Notes: generated by a model from the sequence alone, not told the origin. A DNA stretch of 60,303 nucleotides from an uncultured Clostridia bacterium (GCA_944383925.1 CALWRM010000028.1:1-60303), one strand, 5' to 3'. Shown: positions 19,283-28,985, counted from the first letter of the stretch. Numbers and translations are program-made.

Positions 19283-20338
19283 TTACTCCTCCACCCCCAG
19301 GGATTCCTCCACCTGCGACTGGGACTTGATGTCGATCTCCCAGCCGGTGAGCTCGGCCGCGAGGCGGGCGTTTTGCCCCTCCTTGCCGATGGCCAGGGAA
19401 AGCTGGTTGTCCAGCACGATGACCTTGGCGGCCTTTTCCTTTTCGTTGACGAACACGCCGATCACCTTGGCGGGCGAAAGGGCGTTGGCGATGTATTCCA
19501 CCGGGTCCGAGGACCAGCGGATGATGTCGATCTTTTCCCCGCGCAGCTCCGTGACCACGTTCTCCACCCTGGAGCCCTTGGGGCCCACGCAGGCGCCCAC
19601 GGGATCGATGGCGTTGTCGGTGGAGTAGACGGCCATCTTGGTGCGGTAGCCGGCCTCCCTGGCCATGGACTTAATCTGCACAACGCCGGAATGGATTTCG
19701 GGAACCTCCAGCTCGAACAGCCGCTTGACCAGGCCCGGATGGGTTCTGGACACGGTGACCGAGGGGCCCTTTGCGTTGCGATAGACCTCCAGCACATAGA
19801 CCTTCATGCGCTGGCCGATCTCGTACTTCTCGTCGGGGATCTGCTGGGTCTGGTCCAGCACGCCCTCGGTGCGGCCCAGCTCCACAAAGACGGTCTTGCC
19901 CTCGATGCGCTGGATGATGGCGGTGAGGATCTCGTTTTCCTTCTCCACATACTCCTCGTAGATCACGCCGTGCTCGGCCTCGCGGATGCGCTGCATGACC
20001 ACCTGCTTGGCGGTCTGGGCGGCGATGCGGCCGAACTTCTTGGGCGTGACCTCGATCTCCACCACGTCGCCGGGGCCGTAATAGGGGCGGACCTTTTTGG
20101 CGTCCTCCACGGAAACCTGCATGTTGGGGTCCTCCACCTGCTCGGCCACGGTCTTCAGGGCGTAGACGGCCACATCGCCGGTGATGTTATCCACGGTGAC
20201 CTTCACGTTTTGGGCCGAATCGAAGTTGTGGCGAAAGGCGGAGATGAGCGCCTGCTCGATGGCGGAGATGATGACCTCCTTCTTGATGCCCCGGCTGCGG
20301 GCAATCTCGTCCAAGGCCTCGATAAATTCCTTATTCAT
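19283..20338 (-). CDS. nusA: Transcription termination/antitermination factor NusA
   Basis: 'FGRIAAQTAKQV', 'LFELEVPEI', 'DPVGACVG', 'SLAIGKEGQNARLA'. Confidence 0.98.
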   Translation of the reverse strand: MNKEFIEALDEIARSRGIKKEVIISAIEQALISAFRHNFDSAQNVKVTVDNITGDVAVYALKTVAEQVEDPNMQVSVEDAKKVRPYYGPGDVVEIEVTPKKFGRIAAQTAKQVVMQRIREAEHGVIYEEYVEKENEILTAIIQRIEGKTVFVELGRTEGVLDQTQQIPDEKYEIGQRMKVYVLEVYRNAKGPSVTVSRTHPGLVKRLFELEVPEIHSGVVQIKSMAREAGYRTKMAVYSTDNAIDPVGACVGPKGSRVENVVTELRGEKIDIIRWSSDPVEYIANALSPAKVIGVFVNEKEKAAKVIVLDNQLSLAIGKEGQNARLAAELTGWEIDIKSQSQVEESLGVEE

Positions 20339-20843
20339 TGCTTTCCTCTTCCTCCTCTTGCTCTTGGGCGCTTTCCGCCTGGCGGAGCTCCTCCTCCAGA
20401 TTGAGCACGGGCGCGATCTTCGTGCAATCCTTTTTCAGCAGGTACCTGGGGCCCTGGTCGCTTTCCAGGGTAAAGCCCTGCTCGTCGTAGGAGAGCAGCT
20501 TGCCCGTCACGGTCTTTTGCCCGTCCAGCGCTTGAAACAGCTTTGCCTCCACCGGTCGGCCAAGGTTGCGCTCAAAGTCGGGCGGCCGCTTCAGCGGCCG
20601 ATCCAGCCCGGGGGAGGAAACTTCCAGATAATCGTATTCCATATCGCCGATCTGCTTGACCAGCGCCCTGTGAAAACTTTCGCACTTGTCCAGGCTCATG
20701 CCGCCCGGCGCATCCACAAAAACGCGCAAAAACGCCGCGCCGTGCTCCCTTGTGAGCTCGGCGTCGACAAAGATAAAGCCCATTTGCTGCGCGAGGCTTT
20801 CGGCGGCCGCACCGGCGGCTCTCGCCACGCTCATTTTTGCCAA
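20331..20843 (-). CDS. rimP: Ribosome maturation factor RimP
   Basis: 'LRVFVD', 'YLEVSSPGLDRPL'; first gene of the nusA-infB operon. Confidence 0.93.
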   Translation of the reverse strand: MAKMSVARAAGAAAESLAQQMGFIFVDAELTREHGAAFLRVFVDAPGGMSLDKCESFHRALVKQIGDMEYDYLEVSSPGLDRPLKRPPDFERNLGRPVEAKLFQALDGQKTVTGKLLSYDEQGFTLESDQGPRYLLKKDCTKIAPVLNLEEELRQAESAQEQEEEEESNE

Positions 20844-20897
20844 GTTCTGTTCTCCTTCGTTGTTCTACGCTGCACCGGCGGGCGGGAGCTCCCCTTC

Positions 20898-20928
20898 AAA
20901 GAAGAAGAGCGGGATGGCTCCCACTCTT
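20898..20928 (-). promoter_or_regulatory. rimP leader hairpin (attenuator-like)
   Basis: AAGAGTGGGA-gcca-TCCCGCTCTT followed by a U-rich tail, just downstream of an extended -10 TGgTATACT (hexamer 20951-20956). Confidence 0.6.
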
Positions 20929-21152
20929 GAAACCGATGGAATCTTTGCCTAGTATACCACCCGTCCTGGTAAAAAACAAGGGCTGGAGCCGCTTTTTCAA
21001 GAAAAAAGCGGCTGTTTTGCGGCAAATGGAGGCCCAAGCGTCTGCCCAAGGGGCGCGCTGCAACGAAAAGGAAGGCTTTTTCCCTTTCGGGCGGTCACGC
21101 CTCCCGCTTCATGGTATACTGGTAGCAACCAACCACGAGGAGGCGAACCTTC

Positions 21153-22082
21153 ATGCGCATCATCGACGGCCACATGCACCTGGCGGACCGGCCCAACGGC
21201 TGGTTCCTCCGCTGCGCCCAGGAGCGCGGCTACAGCGCCTATGCGGTCCTGAGCCTCTCCTGCTCGGCGGGCTTTGGCGGCGCGATCAACAACGAGCAAT
21301 GCCTGCAGGCCAAGCGCGAGGACCCTCGCCGCTGCTACTTCTTCGCAGGCCTGGTTCATCCCTGCGCAGATCCCTTGGCCCATATCCAGACCTGGCTGCA
21401 AAGGGGCGCCGACGGCGTCAAGCTCATCGAGACCAAGCCCACCGTCTATCGGGAGACAGGGGCGGACCTGTCCTCCCCCGCCTTTGAGCCGCTGTTCGAT
21501 TTTCTGGAGCGCAGCCAAACCCCCATCCTTTGGCATGTGGGCGATCCGGCCACCTTCTGGCATCGGGACCAGGCCCCGGACTTTGCCTTTGCCAACGGCT
21601 GGTTCTACGGCGACGGCGGCTTCCCGAGCCTGGAGGCGCTGTACGGCATCGCGGAGGCGGTGCTCGCCCGGCACCCCCGGCTGAAGGTGGCCTTTGCCCA
21701 CCTCTATTTCTGTGGCGACGACCGCGCCCATGCCCAGCGCCTGCTGGACCGTTATCCGAACGTATCGCTGGACCTGACCCCGGGCGTGGAGATGTACGAC
21801 CATTTCTTCGCAGACCGGGAGGGCTGGCGGGCCTTCTTCCTGCGCTACCAGGACCGCATCCAGCTGGGCACCGACACCGAGCTTGGCGGCGACATTCTGG
21901 GCCAGACGCCCCTGACCTTGGTGCTGGGCGGCTTGGGAGAGGGGCCGGTGGACCAGTGGGGACATGCGGGCCTGGGCCTGGCCCTGCCCGCCGACGTGTT
22001 GGACAAGATCTGTTACCGCAACTTCCTGGCCTTTGCCGGGGAAGCGCCCAAGCCCCTGTTGGTTCGGCTTCCATACATATAA
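21153..22082 (+). CDS. Amidohydrolase superfamily protein (Amidohydro_2-like)
   Basis: 'IIDGHMH', 'GVKL', 'LWHVGDP', 'AH', 'LGTD'; GAGGAGG RBS. Confidence 0.8.
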   Translation: MRIIDGHMHLADRPNGWFLRCAQERGYSAYAVLSLSCSAGFGGAINNEQCLQAKREDPRRCYFFAGLVHPCADPLAHIQTWLQRGADGVKLIETKPTVYRETGADLSSPAFEPLFDFLERSQTPILWHVGDPATFWHRDQAPDFAFANGWFYGDGGFPSLEALYGIAEAVLARHPRLKVAFAHLYFCGDDRAHAQRLLDRYPNVSLDLTPGVEMYDHFFADREGWRAFFLRYQDRIQLGTDTELGGDILGQTPLTLVLGGLGEGPVDQWGHAGLGLALPADVLDKICYRNFLAFAGEAPKPLLVRLPYI

Positions 22083-22173
22083 ATGGAAGGCCTTGCGCCC
22101 CCTTGGGCGTTTCCAACATCGCAGCCGCACCCGGCCGCCCTTGGGCGTCCGCGGCGCGGGAGGAGGTATCCCC

Positions 22174-23707
22174 ATGGAACGGCTTTACAACGGCATCTGT
22201 TTGCCAAGCCCTTGGCCGCCGAGGGATCTGGACATGATCAGCAACCTTCCCCTGCCCGTGCCCTATCTGGACCGGCCGCCCGCGCTCATCGACATCCGTG
22301 TGGGCCGGCAGCTGTTCGTGGACGATTTTCTGCTGGAGCAAAACGGGCTGGTCCGCCGCTTTCACTGCGCCAAGAAGCGGCCCTTGCCCGTGCTTCAGCC
22401 CACGACCCCCTGGGAGCGGGCCACCCTGCCTTGCGCCGCGCCCAAGAGCGGCGGCGTGTTCTTCGACGAACGCGAGGGGCTGTATAAGATGTGGTACGAG
22501 GCCGGTTGGCTGCACCGCATCGCCTATGCGTACAGCGCCGATGGCCTGGACTGGACGCGCCCCCCGGCTGGATATCGATCCCGGCACCAACCTGATCCTG
22601 CCGGGGCTGCGCCCGGACTCCACCACCGTCTGGCTGGACGCCGACAGCGCCGACCAGAGCCAGCGCTACAAGGCCTTCCTGCGCGGGCCGGGCGGCACCA
22701 TGCCCGGCGTCTGCCTGGTATCCGCGGACGGCGTGCACTTTACGCGCGCGACGGCCACCAGCGACCTGGGGGATCGATCCACCATCTTCTACAATCCCTT
22801 CCGCAAAAAGTGGGTCTACTCCATCCGCTCCTTCGACGGCAGGCGAAACCGGCATTATCGCGAATGCGACGACTTCCTGCAAGGGGCCGTCTGGGGGCGG
22901 GAGGAGGAGCTGGGCTGGCTGCGGCCGGACTGCCTAGATCTGCCGGAGGAGGCCATCGGCTTTGAACCGCAGCTGTACAACCTGGACGCGGTGGGCTATG
23001 AATCCCTGCTGCTTGGGCTGTATCAGAACCATCTGGGGCCGGAAAACGACGCCTGCGAGCGCGGAGGCTTCCCCAAGCTGACGGAGCTGCAGCTGGCCTT
23101 CAGCCGCGACGGCTTTCACTTCTCGCGGCCCGTCCGCGACCAGGCCTTCCTGCCCGCCGCCAGGCAGGCCGGCGCCTGGGACCGGGGCTACGTGCAGTCC
23201 GTGGGCGGCGTCTGCCTGATCCACGGCGACGAGCTATGGTTCTACTACATCGGCTTTGCGGGCGACGAGTCCAACCGAAACACAGACTGGACCCTCAACG
23301 GCATGTATTCCGGCGCCTGCACGGGCCTGGCCACGCTGCGCCGGGACGGCTTTGCCTCCCTGGAGGCCGCGCAACGGCCCGCCGCCCTGCTGACCCGCCC
23401 CCTGGTCTGCGAAAGCCGGCCCTTCCTCTATGTCAATGCCGCCGTCGCCCCGGAGGGCTGGCTGCGCGCCGAGGTGCAGGACGCGCAGGGCCACCCCCTG
23501 GAGGGCTACGGCCTGGACGATTGCCTGCCGTTGCAGGGGGACGGCTGCCAGCTCCGCCTATCCTGGAAGGGGCATCCGGAGCTTCGCCTGGGCGAAACGC
23601 CCTTCCGCCTGCGCTTTGCGCTCAAGAGCGCCTCCCTGTACGCCTTTTGGCTTGGCGATGAGGGCGGGGAAAGCCACGGCGCCCATGCGGCGGGCCGGAC
23701 GCGCTGA
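22174..23707 (+). CDS. GH32/GH43-like beta-propeller glycosidase-like protein, frameshifted in the C6 run at 22560-22565
   Basis: Starts 'MERLYNGICLPSPWPP...GRQLFVDDFL...YSADGLDWTRP', then continues in another frame as 'RLDIDPGTN...SADGVHF...SRDGFHF...LRRDGFASL'; strong RBS GGAGGAGG. Confidence 0.7.
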
Positions 23708-23897
23708 CTTCTCGCCGCCGCGCGCGGGCCGTCGCCCCCAGACAGGGGGGGCGGCGGCCCGTCCTTTTTTCACAAAACCCCCAAATTTCAGGCACGCGGC
23801 CCGCTCCCCGCTCGTTCATAAGATGGAAGCTTCCCCCTTGGAAGCTTGACACAGACTTGTCAGTTGTTACCAACTGGTTATTCTTTCCCGCAAAAAA

Positions 23898-23926
23898 TTG
23901 CATGCAATCCCAGGATATGCTAAACT
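23898..23926 (+). promoter_or_regulatory. Sigma-A promoter
   Basis: TTGCAT-17 nt-TAAACT with an extended TG. Confidence 0.55.
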
Positions 23927-23965
23927 AACGTTGAAATATCTGCCTATTTGGGGGAATTCGAGCAA

Positions 23966-25003
23966 ATGCTCCACACGCGCTTCACCTCCCAGGGCCGGCG
24001 CAGGCCCTCCCATATGCGGCCGCAGCAATGCGGCGCGCTGTTCGCGGCGGTTTTGCTGAGCGGCGGATTTTTGTTCGCCCTTTTCCGCTATATGGTCGTC
24101 TGGGACGTGCATGCCGCCGTGCAGTCTTCCCCTTCGCCCTCTCCGTCCGCAACCCCTGTCGTCCTTTCCTCTCCGCCCAGCGTCAGCCCCGCGCCGACCG
24201 TGCTCGTGGCCGAAGCGGCGACGCCGACCCCAAGCCCCACCCCCATCCCCGAACCCATCTTGCTCTCGGATGCGGAAAACGGCCTTTGGTCCTATAGCTG
24301 CGCGGAGTATCAGCTTGAGATCGAGCGCACCCAACCTCTAAACAACGTGGTCGCCACCGTGGCCGTGCTCAGCGACTATGCGCCTGGCACCGTAACCTCC
24401 GCCTTCGCTGAGGGTCAATACGGCCTCAACGTCCGCGCCCGCACCAGCGACATCGCCCAGAGCGCCGGCGTTTTGTTCGCCATCAACGGGGACTATTGCG
24501 GCTATCGCAGCGACGGCATCATCGTGCGCGGCGGCGAGGTCTACCGCAACAAGCCCGCCCGCTGCATGATGGCCATCTACTCGGACGGCCGCATGGAGCT
24601 GGTGGAGGAGTCCGAGGCGGATCTGGACGCCATGCTGGCCGACGGCTTGCAGGATACCTACTCCTTCGGCCCGGTGCTGGTCGAGGACGGCCAGGTGCCC
24701 GAGCACATCTCCACCGACGTGCCCAGCGACAATCCTCGCACCGCCGTCGGCCAGCGGGAGGACGGCAGCTTCGTCTTCGTGGTGGTGGACGGCCGCCAGA
24801 GCGCTTCGGAAGGCATGGACATCCATGAGCTGGCCGAGTACATGCTCTCCCTGGGCTGCGTGAACGCCTACAACCTGGATGGTGGCATGACCAGCTGCAT
24901 GTATTTCAACGGCGAGGTCATCTCCAGCCCCTGCGGCACCGCCGGCCGCGAGCGCACGGTCAGCGACATCCTCTGCATCTATCCCAGCGCCCAGGAATCC
25001 TAG
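23966..25003 (+). CDS. Membrane-anchored phosphodiester glycosidase (NAGPA domain) protein
   Basis: TM helix, Pro/Ser/Thr linker, 'AINGDY', 'FGPVLV', 'NPRTAVG', 'VVDGRQ', 'NLDGG.TS'. Confidence 0.85.
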   Translation: MLHTRFTSQGRRRPSHMRPQQCGALFAAVLLSGGFLFALFRYMVVWDVHAAVQSSPSPSPSATPVVLSSPPSVSPAPTVLVAEAATPTPSPTPIPEPILLSDAENGLWSYSCAEYQLEIERTQPLNNVVATVAVLSDYAPGTVTSAFAEGQYGLNVRARTSDIAQSAGVLFAINGDYCGYRSDGIIVRGGEVYRNKPARCMMAIYSDGRMELVEESEADLDAMLADGLQDTYSFGPVLVEDGQVPEHISTDVPSDNPRTAVGQREDGSFVFVVVDGRQSASEGMDIHELAEYMLSLGCVNAYNLDGGMTSCMYFNGEVISSPCGTAGRERTVSDILCIYPSAQES

Positions 25004-25015
25004 AGCCATAGAACA

Positions 25016-25050
25016 AGGGCCGCCGCTTGCAAAAGCGGCGGCCCTTCTTT
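25016..25050 (+). terminator. Intrinsic terminator
   Basis: AAGGGCCGCCGCTT-gcaa-AAGCGGCGGCCCTT plus a T-rich tail. Confidence 0.75.
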
Positions 25051-25237
25051 GTCTTTTTCAAGCGGGCCTGTGCAAACTTCGGCCGCCCTTCCCGATGAGG
25101 AAGCGCGGCCGTTTTCACGTAATTCTCTTCCCGGGGCCACGGCATGCCGCGGTCCTTTGCGTCCCAACGGGCGCGCGGGGCAAGCCTCCCCGCCGCAGCG
25201 AAAGGCGCCGCCTGTTTTTCGCTCAACCGTCCAAGGG

Positions 25238-25435
25238 CTATTCCGCCTGCCCCTCGCGCGCCCGCGCGTCCTCTCGGTTTAGGCGCTGCCTGTCTATCTG
25301 CTCCAGTCCCAGGCGTATGAGCTGCACCGTCGCCTCGTTGCGGGTTTGGTAGCGGTTTTCAAAGCGAAAGTCCTCCACGCGCTGGAACAGTTCCTGATCC
25401 AGGGTGATGGAGTATCTGGGCCTGTCCATCGCCAT
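25238..25435 (-). CDS. Small ribbon-helix-helix (CopG/Arc-like) DNA-binding protein A
   Basis: 'RPRYSITLDQELFQRVEDFRFENRYQTRNEATVQLIRLGLE'; AAGGAGGTGA RBS. Confidence 0.75.
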   Translation of the reverse strand: MAMDRPRYSITLDQELFQRVEDFRFENRYQTRNEATVQLIRLGLEQIDRQRLNREDARAREGQAE

Positions 25436-25453
25436 CTGACTCACCTCCTTTCC

Positions 25454-25540
25454 ATTATAGCCTCCGGTGGCCATTCTGTAAAGAAATGGAAATCCCCTTT
25501 CCCGAAAAGCATTGACATCATATCCGCCGAACCATATACT
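25454..25540. promoter_or_regulatory. Back-to-back sigma-A promoters for the two RHH genes
   Basis: Minus strand: TTTACA (25482-25477)-17-TATAAT (25459-25454). Plus strand: TTGACA (25512-25517)-17-TATACT (25535-25540). Confidence 0.75.
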
Positions 25541-25605
25541 ATTGGTTGTAATCAACGATTCTTTGGTTCATTGAATCACATTACGGAAATGGAGCCACTG
25601 CCGCT

Positions 25606-25797
25606 ATGGATGAGCAACGCAAGCGCCTGCGCCTGACCCTTCCCCAGGAGATGGAGGAGTCCATCCTCGCGCTGCAAAAAAGCCGGTATCCGCAGCAAAG
25701 CCTGTCCCAGGTGCTGCGCCTGTTGCTGTCCCTTGGTCTGGAGCAGGCGGCCCGGGAGCAGGACCGGACCCCGAACGGCCGGACGGACCGCAGCTAA
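25606..25797 (+). CDS. Small ribbon-helix-helix-like DNA-binding protein B
   Basis: 'RKRLRLTLPQEMEESILALQKSRYPQQSLSQVLRLLLSLGLE'; has its own promoter and terminator. Confidence 0.65.
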   Translation: MDEQRKRLRLTLPQEMEESILALQKSRYPQQSLSQVLRLLLSLGLEQAAREQDRTPNGRTDRS

Positions 25798-25830
25798 CCC
25801 TTCTATCTCCCCGAACAAACAGGACCTGCC

Positions 25831-25865
25831 AAGGGGCGGCCGGCAAACTGCCGGCCGCCCCTTTT
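25831..25865 (+). terminator. Intrinsic terminator after RHH gene B
   Basis: AAGGGGCGGCCGGCA-aac-TGCCGGCCGCCCCTTTT. Confidence 0.8.
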
Positions 25866-25960
25866 GTGTTTCTTATTTGCTTCTTCTCCTTGTATCCCCC
25901 CGCAGGTTCATGGTATAAAGGAGTTGGATTGCACCAACCACGCGAGGGAGGGAGTATTGC

Positions 25961-27472
25961 ATGTCCTTTAAGGTCTGTTTCATCGGCGCCGGATCCATCG
26001 GCTTTACCCGCGGCCTGCTCGGCGACCTGCTCACCGTGCCGGCGTTTTCCAACATCGAGATTTCCTTTACCGACATCAACCCCGACACCCTGCGCATGGT
26101 CACCGAGCTTTGCCAGCGTGACATCGACGCCAACGGCTTGGACATCCGCATCCAGGCCACCCTCGACCGCCGCGAGGCCCTACGCGGCGCCCGGTATGTG
26201 TTCAACACCGCGCGCATCGGCATGTTGGACGCCTTTGCGCTGGATGTGGAGATTCCCCTGAAGTACGGCGTGGACCAGTGCGTGGGCGACACGCTCTGCG
26301 CCGGCGGCATCCTCTACGGCCAGCGGGGCATTCCCGAGCTGCTCAACTTCTGCAAGGACATCCGCGAGGTGGCCGAGCCCGGGGCCATGCTGCTCAACTA
26401 CGGCAACCCCAACGCCATGCTCACCTGGGCCTGCAACAAATACGGCGGGGTCCGCACCATCGGCCTGTGCCACGGCGTGCACGGCGGCCACCAGCAGATC
26501 GCCGAGGTCCTGGGCGAAAAGATCGAGGACGTGGACATCATCTGCGCGGGCATCAACCACCAGACCTGGTACACCTCCGTCAAGGTGCGCGGCGTGGAGC
26601 GCAAGGACGAACTGCTCGCCCTCTTTGAAAAGCACCCCGTCTATTCCAAGACCGAGAAGGTGCGCATCGACATCCTGCGCAACTTTGGCTACTACTCCAC
26701 CGAGTCCAACGGCCATCTGTCCGAGTATGTGCCCTGGTACCGCAAGCGTCCGGGCGAGATCACCGGCTGGATCGACCTTGGCGTCTGGATCAACGGCGAA
26801 ACCGGCGGCTATCTGCGGGTATGCCGCGAGAGCCGCGATTGGTTCATGACCGACTTCCCCAACTGGATGCAGGAGCCGCCCCGCAAGTTCGTCCCCGAGG
26901 CGCGCGGCACGGAGCACGGTTCCTACATCATCGAGGGGCTGGAAACCGGCAAGGTCTATCGCGGCTTCTTCAACGTGGTCAACAACGGCTGCATCACCAA
27001 CCTGCCGGACGACGCCATCGTGGAGGTGCCCGGCTACGTGGATGGCAACGGCGTCTCCATTCCCCAGGTGGGCGATCTGCCCCTGGGCTGCGCGGCCATC
27101 TGCAACGCCTCCATCTCCGTGCAGCGCCTGGCCGTGGAGGCGGCCGTACATGCGGATATCCGCCTGCTCCGTCAGGCCATGCTGATGGATCCACTGGTTG
27201 GCGCGGTGTGTAACCCCCGGGAGATCTACCAGATGGTGGACGAAATGCTCATCGCCGAGGCCCAGTGGCTGCCTCAGTACGCGGAAGAGATCGAGCGGGC
27301 CAAGGCCCGCCGCGACCAGGCCCTGGCCGACGGCACCTATATTCCTCCCAAGCAGACGGACGGCGCGGCCAGGCTGCACACCAAGACCGTGGAGGAGATG
27401 GCCGCCGACCGGGAGGCCGCCCGCAAGCTGGCCGCCGCCGCGGACAAGGCCAACCACGTGGACGGCAAGTAA
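25961..27472 (+). CDS. melA: GH4 NAD-dependent alpha-galactosidase/alpha-glucosidase
   Basis: 'FIGAGSIGF', 'YGVDQCVGDT', 'LNYGNP', 'GLCH', 'AGINHQTW', 'TESNGHLSEY'; substrate inferred. Confidence 0.85.
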   Translation: MSFKVCFIGAGSIGFTRGLLGDLLTVPAFSNIEISFTDINPDTLRMVTELCQRDIDANGLDIRIQATLDRREALRGARYVFNTARIGMLDAFALDVEIPLKYGVDQCVGDTLCAGGILYGQRGIPELLNFCKDIREVAEPGAMLLNYGNPNAMLTWACNKYGGVRTIGLCHGVHGGHQQIAEVLGEKIEDVDIICAGINHQTWYTSVKVRGVERKDELLALFEKHPVYSKTEKVRIDILRNFGYYSTESNGHLSEYVPWYRKRPGEITGWIDLGVWINGETGGYLRVCRESRDWFMTDFPNWMQEPPRKFVPEARGTEHGSYIIEGLETGKVYRGFFNVVNNGCITNLPDDAIVEVPGYVDGNGVSIPQVGDLPLGCAAICNASISVQRLAVEAAVHADIRLLRQAMLMDPLVGAVCNPREIYQMVDEMLIAEAQWLPQYAEEIERAKARRDQALADGTYIPPKQTDGAARLHTKTVEEMAADREAARKLAAAADKANHVDGK

Positions 27473-27524
27473 GCACCCGGACGCTTTGCGTCCTGCGCCG
27501 TGAGGAAAACGGGAGGTAAGCAGC

Positions 27525-28658
27525 ATGAACGATCGGCAGCGCACCCGCGCGGTGCTTCACTACCAGGCCTATGACCGCCTGCCCCTTTGCGCCTTTGGCT
27601 ATTGGAAGGAGACCGCCGTCAAATGGGCCGAGCAGGGCCACATTCGGATGGATTGGGCCCAGGACTATGCGGTCCATGGGGATAACGGCCCGGGCGATCG
27701 GGCGATCATGGATGCGCTGGGCTTCGACTTTAATTGGGGCGCTTCCCTTGGCATCAACAGCTATCTATTTCCCGGCTTCCAGGAGGAGCTCCTGGAGGAG
27801 CGGGCCGACGGCAGCCGGATCCTGCGGGACGCCGAGGGGCTGATCGTGCTGGTCAAGCCCGGCGTGGTCAGCATTCCCTCGGAGATCGGCACCACCCTGA
27901 CGGGGCGCGAGGCTTGGGAAAACCTGTACCTCCCCAAGCTCCGCTTTAGCCAGGCCCGCGTGGACCAAGGTCGCGACGCCCTGCTGGGCGCCAAGGCCGC
28001 GGATTCGCAGCGGCAGCGCCCTTTGGGCCTGCACATCGGCAGCCTATACGGCAACATTCGCAACATGCTGGGCGTGGAGGCCCTCAGCTACCTGGCCGTG
28101 GACGACGAGGATCTCTACCGGGAGATCATCGACACGCTGGGCCAGCTGTGTCTGGAAACCACCCAGGCCGCCTTGGACCTGTACGACGGCTTCGAATACG
28201 CCCATTTCTGGGAGGATATTTGCTTTAACCACGGCCCCTTGGTCAATCCGCGGGTGTTCGCGGAGCTGGTGGGGCCCTGGTACCGGCGCATCACCGATGT
28301 GGTCCACCAACACGGCATCGACATCGTTTCCCTGGATTGCGACGGCTGCATCGACCGCCTGGTGCCCATTTGGCTGGAAAACGGCGTCAACACCATGTTC
28401 CCCATCGAGGTGGGTACCTGGAACGCCTCCATCCAGCCCTGGCGCGCCCGATACGGCCGGGAGCTTCGAGGCGTCGGCGGCATGGACAAGCGCGTCTTCG
28501 CCAGGGACAAGGCCGCCGTGGATGCCGAACTGGAACGCCTGCGCGCCTTGGTGGACCTGGGCGGATACCTGCCCTGCCCTGACCATCGCATCGCGCCGGA
28601 TGCAGAATTCGGGCTCGTCGCCTATTACTGCGAGCGGTTTCGCCAGATCTTCGGCTAA
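27525..28658 (+). CDS. Uroporphyrinogen decarboxylase / MtaA-like (URO-D superfamily) protein
   Basis: 'RNMLGVE', 'FWEDI', 'DCDG', 'GGMDK', 'GGYLPCPDH'. Confidence 0.8.
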   Translation: MNDRQRTRAVLHYQAYDRLPLCAFGYWKETAVKWAEQGHIRMDWAQDYAVHGDNGPGDRAIMDALGFDFNWGASLGINSYLFPGFQEELLEERADGSRILRDAEGLIVLVKPGVVSIPSEIGTTLTGREAWENLYLPKLRFSQARVDQGRDALLGAKAADSQRQRPLGLHIGSLYGNIRNMLGVEALSYLAVDDEDLYREIIDTLGQLCLETTQAALDLYDGFEYAHFWEDICFNHGPLVNPRVFAELVGPWYRRITDVVHQHGIDIVSLDCDGCIDRLVPIWLENGVNTMFPIEVGTWNASIQPWRARYGRELRGVGGMDKRVFARDKAAVDAELERLRALVDLGGYLPCPDHRIAPDAEFGLVAYYCERFRQIFG

Positions 28659-28681
28659 CTTCCGGCCAAAAGGCCGGCAAA

Positions 28682-28720
28682 GAGGAGCGTTTCCTGCATG
28701 GGAAGCGCTCCCCTTTTTTT
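28682..28720 (+). terminator. Intrinsic terminator
   Basis: GGAGCGTTTCC-tgcatg-GGAAGCGCTCC followed by a poly-T run. Confidence 0.7.
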
Positions 28721-28741
28721 AAATCCCTCTCGGGTGGACGC

Positions 28742-28808
28742 GGGGATTCTCAAGGGGCCTCCCTTGAGCGGGGGTCCAGGGGGCGGCGCCCCCTGGCTTT
28801 CTCCCCTT
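28742..28808. repeat. 67-bp double-hairpin intergenic repeat, copy 1
   Basis: GGGGATTCTCAAGGGGCCTCCCTTGAGCGGGGGTCCAGGGGGCGGCGCCCCCTGGCTTTCTCCCCTT. Confidence 0.9.
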
Positions 28809-28918
28809 GCCCCCCGTTTCAACCCGCTCCCCCCTCCGCTGCCCCCGCCGGCTTGGCCGTTCAAAGGCCCCGCCCTGCGCGTGAGTCCCTTTTCTCCTTG
28901 CCGCCTCCCCCTTTGCGA

Positions 28919-28985
28919 GGGGATTCTCAAGGGGCCTCCCTTGAGCAGGGGTCCAGGGGGCGGCGCCCCCTGGCTTTCTCCCCTT
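28919..28985. repeat. 67-bp double-hairpin intergenic repeat, copy 2
   Basis: Direct repeat of 28742-28808 with one G/A difference. Confidence 0.9.

Noticed and set aside
25238-25797. Type II toxin-antitoxin pair
   Set aside because: The genes are divergent, both look RHH-like, and neither resembles a toxin fold.
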